This document shows, one piece after another, positions 1 through 8,893 of a DNA stretch of 64,000 nt. Source of the stretch: Candidatus Firestoneibacteriota bacterium (GTDB lineage Bacteria > Oederibacteriota > D2-FULL-39-29 > CAIOVX01); the NCBI GenBank assembly GCA_903861835.1, contig CAIOVX010000011.1, positions 66,122-130,121 on the forward strand. The letters run 5' to 3'. Under the pieces are notes generated by a model, which saw nothing but the letters and a program-made list of their open reading frames with translations, was not told the origin of the DNA and did no database searches. A program made the translations under genes and the position numbers. The first letter of the stretch is position 1. Each line of letters begins with the position of its first letter.

Positions 1-940
1 CGGTTCCGCTGCAGTGAAAGTGAACAGAGCGCTTGAACTTTGCAAGGCTGATCTGGTTACGGATATGATAAGGGAGTTTCCGGAGCTTCAGGGTATTATG
101 GGGCGTGAATACGCGAAGGTTGACGGCGAGGATTCTGAAGTAGCCGCCGCTATAGCGGAGCATTATCTGCCCAAGTTCTCGGGTGACGCGCTTCCTCAAA
201 CGGTCACCGGCAGAGTTATAAGTATTCTTGACCGCATTGACACTATCAGCGGTTGTTTTGCCATCGGACTAGTTCCGACCGGTTCCCAGGATCCTTACGG
301 CTTGCGCAGAAGCACGCTGGGAGTAATAAACGAAATTTTAAAGTTCAATATGGGCCTTTCCGTGAAAGAGCTTGTCAGTGCTTCTCTTGAAACCTACGGG
401 AGCAAGGTGAAGGGATACGCCGGAAAGATAAGCGGTGATATTCTTGAGTTCTTCAAGGGCAGGATGGATGTTATACTGCGCGAGAAAGGCCTGCGCTATG
501 ACCTCGTGAACGCAGTGCTTGCCACCGATTGCAGTAATATCACGGAGGCCTTTAAGCGGGCTGAAATTCTTGACTCGCTCGCTAAATCAGAGGGCTTCAG
601 CAACACAATTGTGACTTTCTCAAGGGTTATAAATATCATACCGAAAGAAGGAAAGCTGTCCACCGTCAAAGCTGATCTTCTAAAGGATGACTCTGAGAAA
701 AAGTTATTTGAATCCGCTTTAGCATCCGGGAAGGAGTTCGAGGTCTTGACGGTTGGCGGAAAATACGCCGAAGCTTTTGCGCTGCTTACAAAACTTACTC
801 CGGCGATTGACGCTTTCTTTACCGGCGTAATGGTTATGGATAAGGACCCCGAAGTCAAGGCGAACCGCCTTGCCCTGCTCGCGCTCATAAGTTCCATGTT
901 TCTGCAGTTGGGCGATTTCTCCAAGATAAATACCAAGTAA
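1..940 (+). CDS. glyS: Glycyl-tRNA synthetase beta subunit, C-terminal portion. The CDS is partial: its 5' end lies outside the window.
   Basis: The ORF runs from the window edge in frame (codons start at nt 2). The translation, e.g. HYLPKFSGDALPQTVTGR and DPYGLRRS, matches the GlyS anticodon-binding/C-terminal region. Confidence 0.8.
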   Translation, partial: GSAAVKVNRALELCKADLVTDMIREFPELQGIMGREYAKVDGEDSEVAAAIAEHYLPKFSGDALPQTVTGRVISILDRIDTISGCFAIGLVPTGSQDPYGLRRSTLGVINEILKFNMGLSVKELVSASLETYGSKVKGYAGKISGDILEFFKGRMDVILREKGLRYDLVNAVLATDCSNITEAFKRAEILDSLAKSEGFSNTIVTFSRVINIIPKEGKLSTVKADLLKDDSEKKLFESALASGKEFEVLTVGGKYAEAFALLTKLTPAIDAFFTGVMVMDKDPEVKANRLALLALISSMFLQLGDFSKINTK

Positions 941-967
941 AATACCGGAGTGTGCTATACTTAACCG

Positions 968-1213
968 ATGAAAATTCAATTTGACCATCCATACGTAAAG
1001 CTTGCCACTCTGAAGGCGGTCGAGCGTTACGGAACTACCACAAACATCGAGGCTAATGAACAGCTCTTGAAAAAGTTCGGCAAAACTATCTGGAGAAAAA
1101 AACAGATAGCGGCTATCCATAAGGCGTTCGGCGTTAATTTCGACAAAAACGATATAACGATGAACCTTGCGGCGGCTCTTGCGGCCCTCGAAATATTGAA
1201 AAAGGAAAAATAA
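968..1213 (+). CDS. Hypothetical small protein (81 aa)
   Basis: Intact ORF between glyS and the HAD hydrolase gene on the same strand. No recognisable motif. Confidence 0.3.
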   Translation: MKIQFDHPYVKLATLKAVERYGTTTNIEANEQLLKKFGKTIWRKKQIAAIHKAFGVNFDKNDITMNLAAALAALEILKKEK

Positions 1214-1219
1214 CCGCTG

Positions 1220-1900
1220 ATGAAATTGGTGATATTTGATGTCGATAATACCCTCACAAATACAGGCCGTACCGATCAGGATTGTTTCCTGCAGGCAGTC
1301 TCTTATGTCTTCAATGTCAAAGAAATTGACACCGACTGGTCCCACTACAAGAATGTAACGGCAATAGCCATTCTTGATCAGATACTGCGCACAAAATCCG
1401 GAAAGCCTCCCAGAAAGAGAGAAGTCTCTGATATGCGCGATGCTTTTCTGTTAAACCTGAAAGAGAGATCAAAGAAAAGACCTGCCGAGTTTGCAGAAGT
1501 TCCCGGTGCGGCGCAGATGATGACAGAACTTATGAAGAAAGGCGATTACGCCACGGCTATAGCCACCGGCAGTTTTGCGGACGGCGCGGCTTTCAAACTT
1601 GAATTCGCGAAAATTCCCTACAAGAAATACTGTATCGCTTCCGGCGCGGAATGTTTTACCAGGGAAGAGTTGATAGATATAGCCGTGACCAAGGCAAAGT
1701 CCGTTTACGGCGTGGCAAACTTCGAAAAAGTTGTCTCTGTCGGCGACGGTATCTGGGACCTTAAGACGGCCGCAAATATCGGTATGCCTTTCATCGGCGT
1801 GGGCAATAAGAGTCTGATGGAGAGCAACGGCGTGAAGTACTGGGTAAACGACTTCCGCGATCTGCCTGGTTTCTTCAATCTGCTTTCAACCGCAGTTTAA
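1220..1900 (+). CDS. HAD-superfamily hydrolase
   Basis: N-terminal motif I, FDVDNTL (DxDxT), and a later GDGxxD motif are typical of the haloacid dehalogenase fold. Confidence 0.7.
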   Translation: MKLVIFDVDNTLTNTGRTDQDCFLQAVSYVFNVKEIDTDWSHYKNVTAIAILDQILRTKSGKPPRKREVSDMRDAFLLNLKERSKKRPAEFAEVPGAAQMMTELMKKGDYATAIATGSFADGAAFKLEFAKIPYKKYCIASGAECFTREELIDIAVTKAKSVYGVANFEKVVSVGDGIWDLKTAANIGMPFIGVGNKSLMESNGVKYWVNDFRDLPGFFNLLSTAV

Positions 1901-1934
1901 AATACCTAAGTTCTAAAATCTCGGGGCCGCTAAA

Positions 1935-2858
1935 GTGCCGTTAACGGAAAGAAACATCAGGAAAGGAAAGTTATTTGGCATTTTTGCGGCTCTGACGTGG
2001 GTCACAATCTGGCCGCTTTCGAAGCTAATAACCACTAATTACTCTTCCATAAACCCGTTTTTCATAGCATTCGCCAGGTTCTTTTTCGCGGCCATAGCGA
2101 TATTTTGTATCTTTCTGATAAAGAGAGAAAGAGACTTCCTTTTAACGGTAAAAAACCACTGGCGGCTTGCCCTGCTTCTAGGTTTTTTTGGCATTTTTGG
2201 CATGGGTTCGTTCGTGGTTTTCTCAATAAAGTATACAAGTTCTGTCAATTCCGCTCTGCTGATGAATTCGAACGCCATGTTCATAATAGTATTCTCTCTC
2301 TTCATAGGGGAGAAGATTACGCCAGCCAAAGGAATCGGCGCGCTTCTCGGGGCTTTCGGCTGCTACCTGATACTTAATAATGGGTTTGCCTTCAAATTGT
2401 TTTCCAGCACAACCATGTTTGGAGATTTGCTCGCTATGGGGGCGTCTGTTTGCTGGGCTTTTTATACGGTCGTGGGCAGGGCGAAGGTGAAAAATATAAA
2501 TCCAATCCATATTTCCGCTCTGAATTTTTTCTTTGGCTCGCTGATGATCCTGGCGCTCACCTTCATACTTGGAATCCCCGCAACAGGTATATTTCAACCG
2601 GTGCCATTTTTAACTATGCTTTACATCGGCCTGGTACCAACTGCTATTGGTTTTACCATTTGGTATTACGCGCTGGAGCATGTTGAAGCAGGCACGCTCG
2701 GGATGTACCAGTTCCTGGTGCCTCTTTTAACAGCCATCATAGGTGTCTTATTTCTCAAAGAAACTTTCACGGTCTTTACTTTTATCGGAATGGTTGCAAT
2801 ACTTGGAGGGGTTATTCTTACCGGAGTTATCGGTGGTGAAAAGCCTGCCGGTGATTAG
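1935..2858 (+). CDS. DMT/EamA-family membrane transporter
   Basis: About 10 predicted TM helices in two internally repeated halves, highly hydrophobic, 307 aa, typical of EamA. Confidence 0.55.
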   Translation: MPLTERNIRKGKLFGIFAALTWVTIWPLSKLITTNYSSINPFFIAFARFFFAAIAIFCIFLIKRERDFLLTVKNHWRLALLLGFFGIFGMGSFVVFSIKYTSSVNSALLMNSNAMFIIVFSLFIGEKITPAKGIGALLGAFGCYLILNNGFAFKLFSSTTMFGDLLAMGASVCWAFYTVVGRAKVKNINPIHISALNFFFGSLMILALTFILGIPATGIFQPVPFLTMLYIGLVPTAIGFTIWYYALEHVEAGTLGMYQFLVPLLTAIIGVLFLKETFTVFTFIGMVAILGGVILTGVIGGEKPAGD

Positions 2859-2872
2859 GGATATAATGAAAA

Positions 2873-2900
2873 GGCCCCGGTCTCCCGGGGCCTTTTGTTT
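2873..2900. terminator. Rho-independent terminator hairpin between the convergent EamA and fba genes
   Basis: The perfect inverted repeat GGCCCCGG-TCTC-CCGGGGCC is followed by TTTTGTTT. Confidence 0.5.
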
Positions 2901-2940
2901 ACGTTAAGAACGTTAAGAACGTTACAAACGTTATGAACGC

Positions 2941-3849
2941 TTACTCGTGATGTTTAATCTCCGAAGCCGTTATCCCGCTCTTCGCTCCTGCTATAATCCC
3001 CTTTCCTTTGCAGCCGAAGTAGCCGATGTATTCCCTTACTCTGTCCTTCACCGCGTTCTTGCCTGGGAGGAGGATCTTTCTCATATCTTTTTCCGCAGGG
3101 TTCTTGTTGTAGGTCGCGCCGACTGCTTCAACGAAGGAGACGGAAAGCTGGGTCGCCACATTGATCTTGCAGAGCCCGTTCGCGATTCCTTCTATTATGG
3201 AAGCAGGGTCAACGCCTGAAGAGCCGTGAAGCACCAGGGGAATATTTACGACCTGGCGAATTCTCTTAAGTCTCGGTATGTCAAGCTTCGCGGTCCTGTC
3301 CTTCATTGCATGGACTGAGCCGATCGCGACTGCGAGGGAGTCTATCTTGGTGAGTTCTATGAATTTTACCGCTTCATCCGGCTGGGTCATGGCTTTCTCG
3401 ACCTGTTCAGGTGAAACCTTATCGGCTGACTGGAGTACTTTGCCGAGTTCCGCTTCTACAGGGATGCCGCAGGCGTGGGCCATTTCCGTGATTTTCGCTG
3501 TCATCCTTACGTTCTCTTCGAAAGAGAGCGCTGAGCCGTCGAACATAAGCGATGTGAAGCCGGCCCTTAAACACCTTACGTTCTGGAGATAGTCCGTGCC
3601 GTGGTCAAGGTGAAGGATCACCGGGACCGACGCAAGTTCCGCGGCCGCTTTTACTATTGCGGTCGACATTTCAAGGCCTGCGTACTTTATCGCGCCCTGG
3701 CTGACCTGGATGATTACAGGCGCTTTTTCTTCTTCCGCGGTCTCTATGATAGCTTCCACGAACTCCATATTGTTCGCGTTAAACGCGCCGATAGCGAATT
3801 TCTCCGCTTGCGCTTTGAGCAACCATTCCTTACTGTTTACTAACGGCAT
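2941..3849 (-). CDS. fba: Class II fructose/tagatose-bisphosphate aldolase
   Basis: Matches include MPLVNSKEWLLKAQAEKFAIGAFNANNMEF, the HLDHG metal-binding motif and GIPVEAELG. Length is 302 aa. Confidence 0.9.
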   Translation of the reverse strand: MPLVNSKEWLLKAQAEKFAIGAFNANNMEFVEAIIETAEEEKAPVIIQVSQGAIKYAGLEMSTAIVKAAAELASVPVILHLDHGTDYLQNVRCLRAGFTSLMFDGSALSFEENVRMTAKITEMAHACGIPVEAELGKVLQSADKVSPEQVEKAMTQPDEAVKFIELTKIDSLAVAIGSVHAMKDRTAKLDIPRLKRIRQVVNIPLVLHGSSGVDPASIIEGIANGLCKINVATQLSVSFVEAVGATYNKNPAEKDMRKILLPGKNAVKDRVREYIGYFGCKGKGIIAGAKSGITASEIKHHE

Positions 3850-3890
3850 ACTTGCCTCCTGAAAAAGAATTTAGATACCTTAGTTTGGCC

Positions 3891-3920
3891 AAAAAAAAGC
3901 CCCCTTTCGGAGGCTTTTGT
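3891..3920 (-). terminator. Putative ndk terminator (minus strand)
   Basis: On the minus strand the sequence reads GCCTCC-GAAA-GGGGGC followed by a T8 run. Confidence 0.4.
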
Positions 3921-3949
3921 TCGCTGTTTGAAGAACAGAAAAGTTAAGC

Positions 3950-4453
3950 CTACGCCCAGACCTTCATCGTGACTTCCTTAAAAGCAGCCACTTTGGAGGG
4001 ATAAACATCTACTATGACGTCTTCGGGTTTAAACCAGAGCTTTATTTCGCGTTCCGCGTCTGTTTCGTCGGAAGAAGCGTGAATGACATTTTCGAAAACG
4101 CCGGTTGTGGTAATCCTGCCGTAAGCTCCCCTGATGGATACCGGGTCTGCTTCTTCCGGATTGGTAGCTCCGGCAATTTCTCTGACTTTCTTGATGGCAT
4201 CCTTGCCCCAATAAACCATAGCGAGCACTTTGTGTCTGTCGTGATACTCGCCAAGGAGGTATTTGATAACATCTTCAAAGAAAGGTTTTTCTTTGAGATG
4301 CCGGTAGTGTTCCACCGCGAGAGCTCTGTCGACCTTAACCACTTTTGCGGCGATAATCTCGAGTTTTGTTTCTGAAAGCCTCGTTAGGATGTTCCCTGTC
4401 AGGGATTTCTTTAGTCCGTCAGGTTTTACTATTACAAGGGTTGATTGGCTCAT
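3950..4453 (-). CDS. ndk: Nucleoside diphosphate kinase
   Basis: The NDK signature is present: TLVIVKPDG, the NIIHASD-like HASSDE region, and YGRITTTG with the active-site His context. Confidence 0.9.
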   Translation of the reverse strand: MSQSTLVIVKPDGLKKSLTGNILTRLSETKLEIIAAKVVKVDRALAVEHYRHLKEKPFFEDVIKYLLGEYHDRHKVLAMVYWGKDAIKKVREIAGATNPEEADPVSIRGAYGRITTTGVFENVIHASSDETDAEREIKLWFKPEDVIVDVYPSKVAAFKEVTMKVWA

Positions 4454-4583
4454 AGGTTAATCTTATAACATACGGATTTTCCTAAGTCAACGGGAAATCT
4501 GCCGAGCGGGCAAGCTAATATTTTTCGTTGACTTTACCGCCTGGAAGTAATACTTTTGTTATATAGCAAAACGGAGGCTGTTT

Positions 4584-4865
4584 ATGAATATTGTCCACGT
4601 TGCCGGTGAGAATAAAGGAAAGGTGATGATTTACGCTCTTTCCACCTGCATTTGGTGCCGCAAGACGAAACAGCTTCTGAAAGACAAGAAAGTCTCTTTT
4701 GACTATTGCGATGTTGATCTTGAAGAAGGCGCTGAGAAAGAGGCCGCCCAGCAGGCCATCAAGAAGTGGAATCCCTCGGTCTCTTTTCCCACACTTGTTA
4801 TTGACAATAAGGATGCCGTGCTTGGCTATCAGCCTGATGAGATTAAGGAGAAACTCGGGCTATGA
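4584..4865 (+). CDS. Glutaredoxin/NrdH-like thiol-disulfide oxidoreductase (CIWC active site)
   Basis: Thioredoxin-fold layout with a CxxC (CIWC) after the first beta strand, 93 aa. The 4-nt overlap with the next gene suggests translational coupling. Confidence 0.65.
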   Translation: MNIVHVAGENKGKVMIYALSTCIWCRKTKQLLKDKKVSFDYCDVDLEEGAEKEAAQQAIKKWNPSVSFPTLVIDNKDAVLGYQPDEIKEKLGL

Positions 4866-5377
4866 TAGATGTAAAAAAGGCCCTTGCGGCTGAAGTAGAG
4901 AGAGTCTATCCGAAAATTAAAAAAGATGCCGAGGCCGGAGGCTATCACTTAAATCCTGATGTGCAGTTTGCCAAGGATCTCATCCTCGGTCTGCTGGTAA
5001 ATGAAAAGAGATATGGCTACTGGGCCTGTCCGTGCCGGCTTGCTTCAGGCATCAAGAATGAAGACCTTGATATAATCTGCCCCTGTGATTACCGCGACGC
5101 GGACCTGGCGGCTCACGAAGCTTGCTATTGCGCTCTTTATGTCTCCGCCAGAATAGGCGCCGGTAAAGAAGCGGCGGAAGCTATCCCGGACAGAAGGCCG
5201 CCGAAAGAAGATCGTGACGAGATGAAGACGAAAGCAAGGACCGAAAGAGTAAGACGGCTTCCCACCTTGCCGATATGGCGCTGCAAGGTATGCGGCTATC
5301 TATGCGCCCGGGAAGACCCACCCGATATCTGTCCGATATGCAAGGCCGGAAAAGATCGGTTCGAGGTCTTTGCCTGA
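4862..5377 (+). CDS. Ferredoxin:thioredoxin-reductase-like catalytic subunit fused to a C-terminal rubredoxin domain
   Basis: Shows the FTR catalytic-chain Cys pattern CPC...CPC...C(Y)C: WACPCR, ICPCDYR and ACYCALY. The C-terminal CKVCGY...CPICKAGK is a rubredoxin-type CxxCG...CPxCG knuckle pair. Confidence 0.65.
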   Translation: MIDVKKALAAEVERVYPKIKKDAEAGGYHLNPDVQFAKDLILGLLVNEKRYGYWACPCRLASGIKNEDLDIICPCDYRDADLAAHEACYCALYVSARIGAGKEAAEAIPDRRPPKEDRDEMKTKARTERVRRLPTLPIWRCKVCGYLCAREDPPDICPICKAGKDRFEVFA

Positions 5378-5378
5378 T

Positions 5379-5543
5379 ATGAATAAATCGGAATTTTGCT
5401 CAGAGTGCTGGTGTTGCAGGAAGGCTCGCGAGAAACCGGGAAGTTTCTGGCACGGCTTTGTAAGATTTATCTACCATACCCTCTGGTGTCCTTACTGCAA
5501 GGCTTACGAAAAGGAAACCGGCAAGAAACCCTACGGGAACTAA
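5379..5543 (+). CDS. Candidate unannotated sORF (54 aa), Cys-rich, with CSECWCC and WCPYC motifs
   Basis: Hand translation in the frame starting at the ATG at 5379, which overlaps the upstream stop by two nt. It gives MNKSEFCSECWCCRKAREKPGSFWHGFVRFIYHTLWCPYCKAYEKETGKKPYGN*. It is not in the ORF track because it is under 60 aa. There is a weak GAGG 12 nt upstream. Confidence 0.3.
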   Translation: MNKSEFCSECWCCRKAREKPGSFWHGFVRFIYHTLWCPYCKAYEKETGKKPYGN

Positions 5544-5589
5544 ACTTCAGCGGCAGGAAACAGGTTAATTGGTTTCGCCCTGATAAATC

Positions 5590-7308
5590 ATGGAGGAAGG
5601 CATGGCGGCTTTGGAAAAGGTACTGAATAAGAGCGACAAAAGCAATTCGTTGTTTGAGGCGGAGATACGGAAGATAAAAATTCCTATCTGCAAGAAATTC
5701 TTGAAAGGCGGAAAAATCTCGGCGGTTGATTTTAAGGCTTCAAAGAATTCAGTTTCCTCAAAGGACTCCACTAAAGTCTTTGCGAGTTTCCCGAACCTCA
5801 GGGAGACCGCTTCAAAAGTAATGCAGGGCGTGCGCGGCGGTAAAGTCCCTAAACTAAAAGGCAAGAGGATTGCCGTGCTCTTCTCAGGCGGACCTGCGGC
5901 CGGCGGGCATAATGTGGTCGCCGGGCTCTTTGATATGCTCACGGCTTCCAAATGCACGCTGCTCGGTGTTAAGGCCGGGCCAAAAGGGCTTATTAACGGG
6001 GAACTATTTGCGGTAAAAGCGGAAGACATAAAGAGAATAAAGAATACCGGAGGCTTTGATTATCTCGGTTCGGACAGGACAAAGATAAAGACAGAAGAGC
6101 AGTTCTCCGCGGTAAAGAAGACCTGCGTGGACAACAAACTTGACGCTATTGTTGTGGTGGGCGGAGACGATTCCAATACCAATGCTGCTGTTCTCGCGGA
6201 GTATCTCTTTAAGGGAGTCAAACCGGACGGCTCCGGCGTTCAGGTGATAGGCGTTCCCAAGACCATTGACGGGGATCTGCAGATAGGGAAATACCTGCCC
6301 ATATCTTTTGGATTTGACACTGCGACCAAGATCTTCGCCGAGATGGTGGGCAATATTCTTCAGGATACACCGTCCTCCAGAAAGTACTGGCATTTTATAA
6401 AACTGATGGGACGCGCTGCCAGCCACGTTGCTCTTGAGGTGGCGCTCCAGACAAAACCCGCGATAGCTCTTATCTCGGAAGAGGTCGCGGAAAAAAAGAT
6501 GGCTCTTGCGGATATAGTAAAGCAGATAGGCGACACCGTTATCAGCCGCGCCGGAAACAAAATGAATTATGGCGTGGTGGTCGTTCCGGAAGGGTTGATT
6601 GAATTTATTCCGGAAATGAACCTGCTGATTCACGAGCTTAATCATATTGTAGCGAGACACGAGAAAGAGACTGCGGAACTGGAACTTGCAAAGAAGATAG
6701 AGTTTGTGAGGGCAAAACTTTCCGAAGAGCACAGCAGTCTCTTCGCGAGCCTGCCGCATTACATCCAGGAGATGCTGCTCTTTGACCGCGATTCCCACGG
6801 TAACCTGCAGGTCTCTCAGATTCCGACAGAAAAGCTGCTTATTGATATGGTGAAGAAGTACGTGAAGAAAAGTGCACCTGAGACGAAATTCTCCACGCTA
6901 AACCATTTCTTCGGCTATGAAGGCAGATGCGGCGCGCCCTCGCTCTTTGACGCGGCCTATTGCTATAACCTGGGCCTTACGGCAGGAGCGGCCATTGTTA
7001 ACGGTATGACCGGTTACATTGTATCTTTCACGCAGTTAGACAAAGGAGGAGAGATCCTTGCGATCCCTCTTGTCGGCCTTTTAAACATCGAGATGAGGCA
7101 CGGCAAGGAAGAGATGGTGATAGAAAAAGCGCTTGTTAAGACTGATTCTCCTGCCTTCAGGTACTTTGCGGCTAACAGGGCAAGGTGGGGTGAAAAAGAC
7201 CTCTTTACTTCTCCAGGTCCGCGCCAGCTCTGGGGGCCTGTCTCCAACCAAATGCCGATGACAGTCGCGCTGAATCAGGGGTATGGGAAATTAGGGTTTA
7301 AAATTTAA
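5590..7308 (+). CDS. pfp: Pyrophosphate-dependent 6-phosphofructokinase, long form
   Basis: Has GGPAAGGHNVVAG, the GVPKTIDGDL catalytic motif and the MGR substrate loop. The ~570 aa length is typical of long PPi-PFKs. Confidence 0.85.
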   Translation: MEEGMAALEKVLNKSDKSNSLFEAEIRKIKIPICKKFLKGGKISAVDFKASKNSVSSKDSTKVFASFPNLRETASKVMQGVRGGKVPKLKGKRIAVLFSGGPAAGGHNVVAGLFDMLTASKCTLLGVKAGPKGLINGELFAVKAEDIKRIKNTGGFDYLGSDRTKIKTEEQFSAVKKTCVDNKLDAIVVVGGDDSNTNAAVLAEYLFKGVKPDGSGVQVIGVPKTIDGDLQIGKYLPISFGFDTATKIFAEMVGNILQDTPSSRKYWHFIKLMGRAASHVALEVALQTKPAIALISEEVAEKKMALADIVKQIGDTVISRAGNKMNYGVVVVPEGLIEFIPEMNLLIHELNHIVARHEKETAELELAKKIEFVRAKLSEEHSSLFASLPHYIQEMLLFDRDSHGNLQVSQIPTEKLLIDMVKKYVKKSAPETKFSTLNHFFGYEGRCGAPSLFDAAYCYNLGLTAGAAIVNGMTGYIVSFTQLDKGGEILAIPLVGLLNIEMRHGKEEMVIEKALVKTDSPAFRYFAANRARWGEKDLFTSPGPRQLWGPVSNQMPMTVALNQGYGKLGFKI

Positions 7309-7367
7309 ATATATCCGTTCATAACGTTTGTAAGATTTATAACGTAAACCGGAAAGACTTAAAAAAA

Positions 7368-7396
7368 AGGCCTGAGAAATCAGGCCTTTTCGTTTT
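7368..7396. terminator. Bidirectional rho-independent terminator between the convergent pfp and DEAD-box helicase genes
   Basis: The sequence AAAAAAAAGGCCTGA-GAAA-TCAGGCCTTTTCGTTTT has an A-run and a T-run flanking a perfect 8-bp stem. Confidence 0.55.
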
Positions 7397-7434
7397 GAGT
7401 TGTAAACGTTAAGAACGTTACAAACGAGATTTAA

Positions 7435-8718
7435 TTAATGTTTACTCTGGTATAAAATCTTAATCCCCGGCCCGGTATAAATATCCGAATCCTTTACTTC
7501 GGCTTTAGGCTGTCCGGGACGCGCGCCTTTAAGACCGCGCTTCCTGCCGCCCCACGAGCTTCCCGCGGAAATAGTTGAGGATAGTTTTTCCGAAGGGTAA
7601 ATAGGATGCGAAGCGAGAGGTATGGACGCGTTTATTATTTTCTCAATGCTTTTTACGTCGGCGCCCTGATCCGGAGTGGCAAGCGTAATGGCGTGTCCTT
7701 TCCTGCCGGCTCTTCCGGTCCTGCCTATGCGGTGTACATAATTTTCGGGATCATCCGGTATTTCGTAATTTATCACCAGTTCAATATCGGTAACATCAAT
7801 GCCGCGAGCGGCTATATCTGTTGCCGCGAGTATTCTGTATTTCCCTGATTTAAACCCGTCGAGCGCCTCTTTCCTCTGGGACTGGGTCCTGTCGGAATGA
7901 ATCTCTGAGGCCTTGTGGCCGAGCTGGCGGAGGGTTGAAGTTATTTTTGCGGCGGCTCTCTTGGTCCTGGTGAAAAGCAGAACCGAACCTTTATATTCAT
8001 TTAAGAGTTCGTTCAGCAATTTGTTCTTAAACTCCTTGCTGACTACGAAAAGTTCCTGAGTGACAGTCTCCGCTGCGGTGCCCGAAGGAGCTATCTCCGT
8101 GCGGACCGGCAGCTGCATGTACCTTCTCGCGATATCCACTATTCCAAACGGCATTGTTGCCGAGAAGAGCATAGTCTGTCTTTCTTTGGGGATTAATCTG
8201 ATGATCCTCTCAATCTGAGGCAGGAAACCCATATCGAGCATTCTGTCTGCTTCGTCGAGAACAAGGACCTCAACATTTTTCAGATTGACTGATTTTCTTT
8301 CAAGGTGATCATTTAACCTGCCGGGAGTCGCGATGATAATTTGAGGGTTGTGAGCGAGAGCCTCGTTCTGCCCAAACATGGAAACGCCGCCGATAAGCAC
8401 GGCAGTCTTCATTTTGAAGAGCGGGGCAAGTTTCTGAAAGGACTCTTCAACCTGGATGGCCAATTCCCTTGTCGGCACAAGCACCAGTCCGCGTCCTTTG
8501 CCGTTCGCAAGACGCTGTATCATTGGGATTGCAAAAGCAAGGGTTTTACCGGTGCCTGTTTGCGCTATGCCGATAATGTCTTTCCCTGCTATGGCCTGGG
8601 GGATTGCTTTGCTCTGGATTGGGGTCGGAACCTTGAAGTTTAACTTTTCGAGAGCATCAAAAATGCCCGGCGCTATGCCGAGCCCGTAAAAACTATCCTT
8701 TTCATTTTCCATAGGCAT
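7435..8718 (-). CDS. DEAD-box ATP-dependent RNA helicase
   Basis: Q-motif region, AQTGTGKT (motif I), DEAD (VLDEADRMLDMGF), SAT, and HRIGRTGRAG (motif VI). There is a C-terminal basic Gly/Arg tail. Confidence 0.9.
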   Translation of the reverse strand: MPMENEKDSFYGLGIAPGIFDALEKLNFKVPTPIQSKAIPQAIAGKDIIGIAQTGTGKTLAFAIPMIQRLANGKGRGLVLVPTRELAIQVEESFQKLAPLFKMKTAVLIGGVSMFGQNEALAHNPQIIIATPGRLNDHLERKSVNLKNVEVLVLDEADRMLDMGFLPQIERIIRLIPKERQTMLFSATMPFGIVDIARRYMQLPVRTEIAPSGTAAETVTQELFVVSKEFKNKLLNELLNEYKGSVLLFTRTKRAAAKITSTLRQLGHKASEIHSDRTQSQRKEALDGFKSGKYRILAATDIAARGIDVTDIELVINYEIPDDPENYVHRIGRTGRAGRKGHAITLATPDQGADVKSIEKIINASIPLASHPIYPSEKLSSTISAGSSWGGRKRGLKGARPGQPKAEVKDSDIYTGPGIKILYQSKH

Positions 8719-8800
8719 AGAATAACATTATTTAGGCGAAAAATAAAGGAATTAAAAGGATTAATGGCAGTAATCCTGTAAGAATTCGATGGGTTTTTGC

Positions 8801-8829
8801 TTGATTTTAAACGCCTAAAATGATAAAAT
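8801..8829 (+). promoter_or_regulatory. Candidate sigma70-type promoter upstream of nuoJ
   Basis: TTGATT, a 17-nt spacer, then TAAAAT, about 65 nt upstream of the nuoJ start. Confidence 0.3.
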
Positions 8830-8893
8830 CCCTAATCTTTATTAGCCTTTTTCACCCGGAAGATTCCGGAAAACCTTGTTGACGTGAGGGAAA

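Noticed and set aside
5396-5626. Tracked 76-aa ORF between the FTR-like gene and pfp
   Set aside because: It is in a different frame from the Cys-rich sORF, uses a TTG start, and gives a basic low-complexity translation that runs into the pfp start. The alternative-frame 54-aa ORF with CPYC motifs is more credible.
6004-6798. 264-aa antisense ORF inside pfp, and similar antisense ORFs inside nuoL/nuoM (e.g. 12013-12477), yicC (15436-16176), the BNR gene and the permease genes
   Set aside because: They lie entirely within well-supported genes on the opposite strand. They have no homology-like motifs and show the biased composition expected of antisense frames.
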